From a virus (lineage: Duplodnaviria; Caudoviricetes): 24,987 nucleotides of DNA. This document shows, in pieces, positions 7,425-14,733 of the stretch (position 1 is the first letter of the stretch; each line of letters starts with the position of its first letter). Below the pieces are notes generated by a model that was not told the DNA's origin, ran no database searches, and saw only the letters and a list, made by a program, of their open reading frames with translations. The stretch lies in the IMG/VR virus record IMGVR_UViG_3300005512_000309, positions 1 through 24,987 of that record; one strand, given 5' to 3'. The translations under genes and the position numbers were made by a program.

Positions 7425-8069
7425 TTAGTGTTGGTGATAGGAGACATTGACAATGTCAGTTGACCAGCAGGCGCGGCACTCGCTGCATTTGCCGCCTTGT
7501 TGCGGCGCCGGGCAGATCTGCCCGCGCGGAATATCGTAGAGGGACCGCGTCCCGCTGTGCACGGTGCTAGTGTGCACAAATCCTTTGGACCGTGGTCCGT
7601 CGATCATGTGCGCGGACATCCGCAAAACTGCATTGTCGGGCAGTTTGTCGATCTGTAGGGCGCGCGTCCACTTTTCATATTCGCGGGACGGTATCCAATG
7701 GCGCTTGTTTGGTGTCTGCCGGCATACGTTGATAATGTTCAGCGCCATGCCTACGCTGCCCACGTCACCCGAATCAAACCAGCGAAACCATTCGCTGCGG
7801 ACAATGTTCAACACGTTAACCATTCGCGGCACAAAATCGGGCGCGTTAAAAAACGCCTCGCGTTCGATCATCTTTTTGCGGACGTTTGGCATGCGATACA
7901 TGCCCTTGCGGGCGTAGCAATTCGCGCATGTGCTGCCCTCGATCTCGGCAAGCCTGCTGCCTACGTCACACAGCCATGCATCCCGGCTGATGCTATAACC
8001 GGGCATCTTCGAGACATTGGACAATAGTTTTTTGTCCTCTCTCGCTTGTTTCTTTTCAGCGGCATTCAT
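7425..8069 (-). CDS. Gp88-like phage protein (Cys-rich, putative Fe-S / radical-SAM-like)
   Basis: SKMPGYS..C-x13-CANCYARKG..FRWFDSGD..HWIPSRE..CPA-x6-CSECRACW..VSY; GGAGG RBS. Confidence 0.75.
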   Translation of the reverse strand: MNAAEKKQAREDKKLLSNVSKMPGYSISRDAWLCDVGSRLAEIEGSTCANCYARKGMYRMPNVRKKMIEREAFFNAPDFVPRMVNVLNIVRSEWFRWFDSGDVGSVGMALNIINVCRQTPNKRHWIPSREYEKWTRALQIDKLPDNAVLRMSAHMIDGPRSKGFVHTSTVHSGTRSLYDIPRGQICPAPQQGGKCSECRACWSTDIVNVSYHQH

Positions 8070-8190
8070 TGCTAATCCTCCAACGGTAATGATAGTTAAC
8101 AGTCACACAATATCACTAATAAATCAAGAGAAAATCTGCGGCCTGCGGCTGCGGCCCGTTGTTGTCAGAGCCTGCGGGCAGATCGAGCGG

Positions 8191-8238
8191 CTGCGCTTGC
8201 GCCCGAAAAAAAACCTGCGAACGCAGGTTTTTTAAGCA
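8191..8238. repeat. 48-bp direct repeat, copy 1, containing a palindrome
   Basis: 46/48 identical to 8556-8603. Confidence 0.9.
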
Positions 8239-8251
8239 CGGATCGAGGGAA

Positions 8252-8277
8252 GGGGAGAGATCCCTAGATCTCTCCCC
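8252..8277 (-). terminator. Hairpin overlapping the stop codon of 8264-8488
   Basis: 11-bp stem ggggagagatc / gatctctcccc with 4-nt loop; weak U-tract. Confidence 0.55.
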
Positions 8278-8488
8278 AGCCAGCAGACGCCAGCCATGCG
8301 TTGTCTTCTTCGGCCAGACGTAGCCGCCGGGCGTGGTCCGCTTGGACCTCCGGGTCATTCTCGCACTCGGTGCAGAACGCGGTATCAACGTGGTTTCCTC
8401 GGGTGATCGTCGAGCCGCAGCGCGTCTCCCTCTCGACCCAGTTGAAACCTTTCTCGACGTAGTAAAAGGCAGGGTTGCCACACGACAT
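8264..8488 (-). CDS. Small Cys-containing early protein, 74 aa
   Basis: AGGAGG RBS before MSCGNPAF; C..C..CTEC. Confidence 0.7.
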   Translation of the reverse strand: MSCGNPAFYYVEKGFNWVERETRCGSTITRGNHVDTAFCTECENDPEVQADHARRLRLAEEDNAWLASAGWGEI

Positions 8489-8555
8489 GATGCTAATCCT
8501 CCTATGATCATGATCACTAAGCGTTGCATACAATCACCAACAATGCAAGCGCAAC

Positions 8556-8603
8556 CTGCGCTTGCGCCCGATAAAAAACCTGCGTACGCAGGTTTTTTAA
8601 GCA
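8556..8603. repeat. 48-bp direct repeat, copy 2, with perfect 28-bp palindrome
   Basis: taaaaaacctgcgtacgcaggtttttta at 8572-8599. Confidence 0.9.
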
Positions 8604-8616
8604 GGCACCCGGCAAC

Positions 8617-8648
8617 AAAAAAGGCAGGCCGACTTCCGTCGGCCTGCC
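8617..8648 (-). terminator. Intrinsic terminator
   Basis: 11-bp GC-rich stem, GGAA tetraloop on the minus strand, 6-U tract. Confidence 0.85.
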
Positions 8649-8658
8649 CAGGTTGTTG

Positions 8659-8859
8659 TTAGACCCCTTCGCCTTCACAGGTCTGACAGAGTTCTTCGAA
8701 CTCTTCTTCGTATCCGCCGCGTACGGGATCGGCGATGGAACGAGTGACGAGGGTCATGCCGGTTCCAGCGCAGTCTTCGCACTCTGCTCCGGCGGGTAGG
8801 GGCGGTGACAGCACCGCCCTGATCTTCGCCAACTCTTTCGCGAGATGATCGATGTCCAT
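8659..8859 (-). CDS. DnaJ-type (CxxCxGxG) Zn-finger microprotein
   Basis: CEDCAGTG and CQTCEGEG; AAGGAGG RBS. Confidence 0.75.
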   Translation of the reverse strand: MDIDHLAKELAKIRAVLSPPLPAGAECEDCAGTGMTLVTRSIADPVRGGYEEEFEELCQTCEGEGV

Positions 8860-9228
8860 TCACGACGCCTCCTTCGCCAGACGGTAGCCACCGCCGATGT
8901 TCGGGTGGGATTCGATGGCGTCCGAGCCGAGCAGCTTCCGCAGCACATGAACGTGCTGGTGAACCGCGTCCACCGAAACCGAGCGACCCATGGTCTTCTT
9001 CAAGTGCTTCTGGATCGCGGGGATCTTGACCCAGTGGTTTCCGCCCTGCTCGATGCGCTCGAGAACAGCGGCGGGGTATGGTGTCAGCTTCCGCGACGTT
9101 GCCGGCGCGACGGTCTGCACCGTCGTTGGCTGCTGCTTCACTTCGTCCACAGCCTTGAAGATGTCCGCCCACTCGGCGGCTGCTGGAAGGTCCAGCGTGA
9201 TGGTGACAGGAATGGTAATCTTAGGCAT
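8860..9228 (-). CDS. Winged-helix DNA-binding protein (OmpR/PhoB C-terminal-like)
   Basis: VDAVHQHVHVLRKLLGSDAIESHPNIGGGYRL matches the recognition helix plus wing; AAGGAG RBS. Confidence 0.7.
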   Translation of the reverse strand: MPKITIPVTITLDLPAAAEWADIFKAVDEVKQQPTTVQTVAPATSRKLTPYPAAVLERIEQGGNHWVKIPAIQKHLKKTMGRSVSVDAVHQHVHVLRKLLGSDAIESHPNIGGGYRLAKEAS

Positions 9229-9282
9229 GTCTAAATCTCCTTATGGCTAGACATATATCAGGGCATCATTACCCATTAACGA

Positions 9283-9312
9283 GATTAGCAGATAGTAAGT
9301 GATGCCGTCTAT
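9283..9312 (-). promoter_or_regulatory. Putative early promoter
   Basis: Minus strand TAGACG-18 nt-TAATCT with TG extension. Confidence 0.45.
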
Positions 9313-9318
9313 TACTAT

Positions 9319-9453
9319 TTCGAGAAAAGTCTTTTCTCGAACCAGCAACAATCACTCGGGGTTACTGTGGCACATTGGCCACAAGCAGTGGCAAAATTGC
9401 AACCCCTGCCCCCCTTGCGCGCGAAGCATACACATGCGTAGCATGTGTATGCT
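9319..9453. repeat. Cluster of inverted repeats upstream of terL
   Basis: 11-bp IR 9319-9341; tgtggc/gccaca 9366-9383; 13-bp IR 9425-9453. Confidence 0.8.
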
Positions 9454-9491
9454 GGGTTGATAAATTCGATGGGCCGTAATATCGTTCGGGC

Positions 9492-10976
9492 ATGTCGGGT
9501 AACTTAGACCTCCTCCCTGAAGAAGTGTTGAAGGAGATGCTGCTCCTTGAAGAGCAGCGTCAGCGCCTTGAGCTTCGTGATGTGGCTCAAGAAAAATTTA
9601 TGTCGTACGTTCAGCACGTGTATGACGGCTTCATCGTCGGGCGCCACCACAAGATTATTTCAGAGAAGCTGGAGCGTATCGCATCGGGTGACTTGAAGCG
9701 TTTGATAGTCAACATGCCGCCCCGACATTCGAAGTCAGAGTTTGCCTCTTACCTCATGCCCTCGTGGTTTCTTGGCAGAAATCCCAAGTTAAAAATCATT
9801 CAGGCTACTATGAACACCGAACTTGCTGTAAGATTCGGACGCAAGGTCAGGGATCTCATTGCGGATCCGGTCTACCATGAGATCTTCCCCGACACTGACC
9901 TTAAACAGGACAGCCAGGCTGCTGGTCGGTGGGAAACCAGCGCGGGCGGGGAATATTTTGCAGCAGGGGTGGGCGCTGCGATGACCGGTCGTGGTGCAGA
10001 CCTTCTTATTATTGACGATCCGCACTCGGAGCAAGACGCATTATCGGCGTCTGCCTATGATAATACGTACGAATGGTACACATCTGGCCCGCGTCAGCGT
10101 CTCCAGCCGGGTGGTGCCATTATTATTGTCCAGACACGCTGGTCCAAGAAGGATTTGACGGGCAGGTTACTGCAAGCACAGGCGGCGGACATGATGGCTG
10201 ACCAGTGGGAGGTGGTCGAGTTTCCCGCGATCATGCCGTCGGGGGAACCACTCTGGCCTGAATTCTGGAAAAAAGACGAGCTTCTCAAGGTAAAAGCCTC
10301 GCTGTCGCTGGGCAAGTGGAATGCTCAGTGGCAACAGAATCCTGTGTCGGAGGAGACTGCTGTTATCAAGCGGGAGTGGTGGAACGAGTGGACGGAAGAA
10401 GATATCCCGCAGCTTGACTACATTATTCAGTCGTATGACACGGCGTACTCCAAGAAAGAAACGGCTGACTTCTCGGCGATCACGACGTGGGGCGTGTTTG
10501 AGCCGCATGCCAATGGTGAGCAGCACCTGATCATGCTGGATGCCAAGCGTGGGCGGTGGAACTTCCCGGAGTTGAAACAGATTGCCATCGAGGAGAACGA
10601 ATACTGGGAGCCGGATATGATGCTCATCGAGGCCAAGGCAACAGGTATGCCACTGGCTGACGAGATGAGGTTACTGAACCTCCCTGTCATTACCTTCTCG
10701 CCGGGGCGCCGGAAGGGTGGGGGCGGAATCGACAAGACCACACGTATGCATATGGCCTCGCCTATATTCGAATCAGGAAAAGTTTGGTATCCTGCCGCGC
10801 AGAAGTTCGCGGAGGAAGTAATAGAAGAAGTCGCTTCGTTTCCAAATGGTGACCATGATGACTTCTGTGATAGTATGACTATGGCCCTGATGCGTTTTCG
10901 TCAGGGTGGTTTTATCAGTCTACAGGGTGAAGAGCTAGAAGACATGCTCCCCGGCAGAAAACGTGAGTATTATTGA
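9492..10976 (+). CDS. terL: Terminase large subunit
   Basis: Walker A NMPPRHSKS, Walker B LLIIDDP, QTRW coupling motif, nuclease SYDTA...IEAKA...FPNGDHDDFCDS. Confidence 0.96.
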   Translation: MSGNLDLLPEEVLKEMLLLEEQRQRLELRDVAQEKFMSYVQHVYDGFIVGRHHKIISEKLERIASGDLKRLIVNMPPRHSKSEFASYLMPSWFLGRNPKLKIIQATMNTELAVRFGRKVRDLIADPVYHEIFPDTDLKQDSQAAGRWETSAGGEYFAAGVGAAMTGRGADLLIIDDPHSEQDALSASAYDNTYEWYTSGPRQRLQPGGAIIIVQTRWSKKDLTGRLLQAQAADMMADQWEVVEFPAIMPSGEPLWPEFWKKDELLKVKASLSLGKWNAQWQQNPVSEETAVIKREWWNEWTEEDIPQLDYIIQSYDTAYSKKETADFSAITTWGVFEPHANGEQHLIMLDAKRGRWNFPELKQIAIEENEYWEPDMMLIEAKATGMPLADEMRLLNLPVITFSPGRRKGGGGIDKTTRMHMASPIFESGKVWYPAAQKFAEEVIEEVASFPNGDHDDFCDSMTMALMRFRQGGFISLQGEELEDMLPGRKREYY

Positions 10977-13900
10977 TGGTAGCGACTCCACAACCAAACC
11001 CCCGTCGTCGTCCGATGACCGCCGTCCCTACTCCCCCGCCCGTGGGCCGGCGTGCGGGAATCATGGCCCTTCCACAACCCAAGCCTGCACGTCCAACTGA
11101 GCCTGCACTGGCTCAGTTATTCGCGGGCACTCGTGCACGGCAGGCGGTCGCCGATCCACGGTCCATGCGTGAGCGCATGGCTGAAGGCGCGGATGTCATG
11201 GAGGGCATTGGTGCTGGTTCGGTAGCCGGCATTGGTGGTCTTATCCCTGATGTTTTGGCGTTACTGGGCCGTGATGCCCCGATGCTGTTCTCCAAATATG
11301 TAATGGGTGAAGAGCTATCCGAGGACGAGAATGCGCTTTTCCGTGCGTTGACCAAGGTGCAAGACGTTGCTGGTGCTGAAGCAATTTTGCGTGGCATGGG
11401 TTACGGCGAGAAAATGGAGTCGCAGGACGGCAGTGTTACGCCTTTCCGGCAGGGTGCGTTTCTTGGTGAGTTTGTTGCCGATCCGTTTGCGGCGTTCAAG
11501 GGTATCAAGGCACTGAAGGCGTTGGGGCCGTCTGACGAGGCGGTTGCGGCGTATGACCGGCAGCTTGCTGGTGCACAGGCTGACGCGCAGCAGCGGTTGC
11601 AGCTTTCGGATCCGGACGAGGTGGTAGAGCCGGGGCCGGGCAGTATTCTTGACGCCTTGGACGAGGCCCAGGCTGAAGAGGGTCTTATTGATTCGGTTGA
11701 CGGTGAGTTTACGTTTGCGCCGAACACGACGCAGGAATTGATTGACAGTCTGAATGGGCCGGGTGTGGTCAGCATCAACCCGGACATCATTCCGGGTGGG
11801 CCTACTGGTGGGGACGGTGTAACTGTCTTTAACTACGTGCCCGGTCTGACCGATGCGGACATGGTCATAGGTACAAATCGTCAGTACAGCTTGTATGAGT
11901 TCCAGGAGGATATGTACGATCTCACTGGTCGTCGTATCCCTGAAGGCACTCGTATTGCCTGGCCGGAGCAGTTGAGCGACGACTTCTCGAGTTTCTTCAC
12001 GAACAGTCCGCCACGGCCCCAGCCCACGGGTGAGATTGTTACTCCGGAGGTCCGCGCCAGTGCCGAGCCGACTCCGCCACCGGCGACGACCGCAGAAGAT
12101 ATTATTGATGCCGAATACGAGGAGCTTTTCGGTCCCGGCGAAACTCCAGTTGTATCCGACACCCCGCAGGAAGGATTCACTGGCGTAGTGGAAATGCCGT
12201 TGATCCCGACTGATAAGGTCATGCCTGCAACAGCATCGCCGGATACGCAGGTTGCCCGCCACAGTGTGATGACGCGCAGCGTGGATCGTCAGGGTGACAT
12301 TGTAGACTATTCGCCATTTTACCAGCTTGTTGATCGACTGCCGGACAACCGTGCGATGTCAAAGGAGGAAGTCCTCGACTCGTTGCGCGGTGGTTTCGCA
12401 GAGAGCGTGAACAGGGACCGTGAAGGCTCCAAGTTTGTAGAGTTTCTTGAGAAACACGCACCGAACCAGTTGTACCGTGGTCAGGTGATGGCGTTGTATC
12501 GGGATTATACCCCGCAGCTTCGCGTCAAGACTCTTACACAGACAGACCTTGATGAAGCTACCGCGCAGGGTATTCCTGCTCCTGTTGGTTCTCTGACTGA
12601 TTACGGTCAGAACTCTGTTCCGTCGTCGGCGGGCGGGGAACCAATGCACATTTATCTCAGCAATCCGAACTCGACCGTCCCCTTTACGGATGGCACCACG
12701 GTTCAGACGCGGGGCGGCACTTACGCGGGATATGGTATGCGTGATGGTTTGATCGCGGACCATAACATTGGTGCTTCGGGTGGTCCGGGCACTAGCACTG
12801 CGACAGAAAAGGGTGTTCCGGGTTACTTTGGTCACATTCGTCTGGAGATCATTACGGATGATCAGGGCCGCAGGGTCGCTGTTGTGCAGGAGATGCAGTC
12901 TAACGCGACGGTTGCGGAGCGGAAGTTCGCGAAAGGTGAGGATACGACCTATAACTTCTTGACGGGTGAAGAGCGTTACAACATCGACGAGCTTCGCAGC
13001 ACCTCGGAAGGTCTTGCAATTTTTGACGAGGCAGCAAATTCGCGGATGCTGGAGCCTGACTTGGCGGCTGAACAGGTGGATACACTTGGGCGGCTTCGTC
13101 AGGACGCCACTGACAGGATGGAGAACGACCTTCAGCTTATTGGAGGTCCAATGCCGTCGGCAGATGAGACGTTTGAAACCCTTGAGTCGATCTACGACAG
13201 TGCACCGACTGGTGTGCCTACCGGATTGGATCTTACCGCAGACGTTATTCCGATGCAGCGTGTGATTGCAAAGTTGGTGACGAACGATCTGTTAAACCAC
13301 GCTCGTGGGACAGGGCGAGTGAGCAACAGCACGGGTGTTGACACAACTCTTAGGGAGTTCACGATTGGTCACACGGGCGGCACGGAGTTTGGTCCATCTG
13401 CTAACAGAGCCAATCGTTTGGTAGATTTGCTGGAAGCGGAAGACATTGGAGATCTGTTAGATGCTGAAGATATTGCCACTCTTAATAGAGTATTGAAGAA
13501 ACGAGCCAGTCAACACGCCACTACGGACTGGTCCACACAGGGGCGTGATCGGATGAGGGAGGAGTCGGCGAGGCTCGGCACTGGTGAAGACTACCTCACA
13601 GTTCTCTACCGAGATGTCAACAGGGCGGTAGAAAACGGTCAAGAGCCGTTGGATTTCATTCAGGGCACAGGAGTACATGCAAACGGTATTGTGACGAACG
13701 ATCCTGGCTTGTTTGGCTTCCTAACTGAGGCATTTGATGATGTGCCAATGCAGGCAACGCATGAGTCTATCCCCGCGATGGTCGGTCGAAACATGCAGCA
13801 TCGTATCATGAACGACGTAGCCGACGCGCTTGAAAGGGAAATACCGACGCGCACACCCGAAGATGTCAGCAAGCAGGACATGGACGACTATATAGACGGC

Positions 13901-14515
13901 TTGGCGGTGTCAGAAGAGCGCAAAGAAGAGTTGATGAAGACCTTTGAGCGGTGGATTACCACCATCAACAACCCGAGTGACCCGCAGGCTTACCGGCCTG
14001 GCTCTCCTTTCTCTGGCAAGAAGTCAGACGTGTACTTTTACCAGTTTGCCCCGCGTTTGATTTTAGCAGAAGCTCGGAAGAAGGGGCTTGACGGCGTCAT
14101 CTTCCCGAACTGGGAAGACATGAAGGATGTGGGTGGCCGTCCGAGTCGAGAAGTTGTGAAAGAAATCTATGATTCACACGTCAAAAAGGGCTTGTCACAA
14201 GCTGTAGACAGACAAGATGTGGTGGAAATACCCACTATCAAGGTCGGGCAAGAAGATCTCTTGCACAAACAGACAGGTAACCCGCACAGGCCCGCTCGTG
14301 CTGTGTACTTTGAGGGGGACCGTGTTCGCACACGTCGCTACCGCCCGGATGAGCGCCCGACTCCGGACACCTTGACGTACGAGGAAACCCTTGGACCGTT
14401 GGGCGCGGACTTTGATGACAAGCTCATTCGCCGTGCGAAGGGTGGCCCCGTAGACTTACGGCCTAAAAAGCTGGTACACTCCGGCATCGGCGCTATGGCA
14501 CGACAGGTGATGTGA
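10976..14515 (+). CDS. Large acidic protein (1179 aa), probable internal virion/ejected protein
   Basis: Long ORF with TGATG coupling to terL; GHIRL...VVQEMQSN and AEARKKGLDGVIF segments; C-terminal AKGGPV motif; function inferred. Confidence 0.6.
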   Translation: MVATPQPNPRRRPMTAVPTPPPVGRRAGIMALPQPKPARPTEPALAQLFAGTRARQAVADPRSMRERMAEGADVMEGIGAGSVAGIGGLIPDVLALLGRDAPMLFSKYVMGEELSEDENALFRALTKVQDVAGAEAILRGMGYGEKMESQDGSVTPFRQGAFLGEFVADPFAAFKGIKALKALGPSDEAVAAYDRQLAGAQADAQQRLQLSDPDEVVEPGPGSILDALDEAQAEEGLIDSVDGEFTFAPNTTQELIDSLNGPGVVSINPDIIPGGPTGGDGVTVFNYVPGLTDADMVIGTNRQYSLYEFQEDMYDLTGRRIPEGTRIAWPEQLSDDFSSFFTNSPPRPQPTGEIVTPEVRASAEPTPPPATTAEDIIDAEYEELFGPGETPVVSDTPQEGFTGVVEMPLIPTDKVMPATASPDTQVARHSVMTRSVDRQGDIVDYSPFYQLVDRLPDNRAMSKEEVLDSLRGGFAESVNRDREGSKFVEFLEKHAPNQLYRGQVMALYRDYTPQLRVKTLTQTDLDEATAQGIPAPVGSLTDYGQNSVPSSAGGEPMHIYLSNPNSTVPFTDGTTVQTRGGTYAGYGMRDGLIADHNIGASGGPGTSTATEKGVPGYFGHIRLEIITDDQGRRVAVVQEMQSNATVAERKFAKGEDTTYNFLTGEERYNIDELRSTSEGLAIFDEAANSRMLEPDLAAEQVDTLGRLRQDATDRMENDLQLIGGPMPSADETFETLESIYDSAPTGVPTGLDLTADVIPMQRVIAKLVTNDLLNHARGTGRVSNSTGVDTTLREFTIGHTGGTEFGPSANRANRLVDLLEAEDIGDLLDAEDIATLNRVLKKRASQHATTDWSTQGRDRMREESARLGTGEDYLTVLYRDVNRAVENGQEPLDFIQGTGVHANGIVTNDPGLFGFLTEAFDDVPMQATHESIPAMVGRNMQHRIMNDVADALEREIPTRTPEDVSKQDMDDYIDGLAVSEERKEELMKTFERWITTINNPSDPQAYRPGSPFSGKKSDVYFYQFAPRLILAEARKKGLDGVIFPNWEDMKDVGGRPSREVVKEIYDSHVKKGLSQAVDRQDVVEIPTIKVGQEDLLHKQTGNPHRPARAVYFEGDRVRTRRYRPDERPTPDTLTYEETLGPLGADFDDKLIRRAKGGPVDLRPKKLVHSGIGAMARQVM

Positions 14516-14733
14516 TGGGCAAGCTGAAAAACAAACAGATTGAAGAAGAGGACAAGGAACTCGAAGAGCTTCGCAAAAAGTTCTACGATCCCGGTCCGGG
14601 TGAGACTGATTACTCCGAGCAAATGACGTTTGAGCAGTACATCAAGCGTATCGGCCCCCGTAAAGCCAAGGGTGGCATGGTCAAGGGTTTTAGCCCGATT
14701 GCTCGTCCGCAACGATTCAAAGGCGTATTTTAA
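14515..14733 (+). CDS. Small charged protein, 72 aa
   Basis: TGATG and TAATG couplings; KAKGGMV...FKGVF end. Confidence 0.75.
   Translation: MGKLKNKQIEEEDKELEELRKKFYDPGPGETDYSEQMTFEQYIKRIGPRKAKGGMVKGFSPIARPQRFKGVF

Noticed and set aside
6422-7579. 385-aa minus-strand ORF
   Set aside because: Antisense shadow of terS and the nuclease; no RBS or motif; runs through a terminator
8191-8603. Possible CRISPR array
   Set aside because: Only two repeats with a 317-bp gene-containing spacer; no cas genes
8675-9172. 165-aa Arg-rich ORF
   Set aside because: Off-frame overlap of the wHTH and Zn-finger genes; no SD
11315-12262. 315-aa minus-strand ORF and other antisense ORFs within the structural operon
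   Set aside because: Shadows of long GC-rich plus-strand genes; no recognisable motifs
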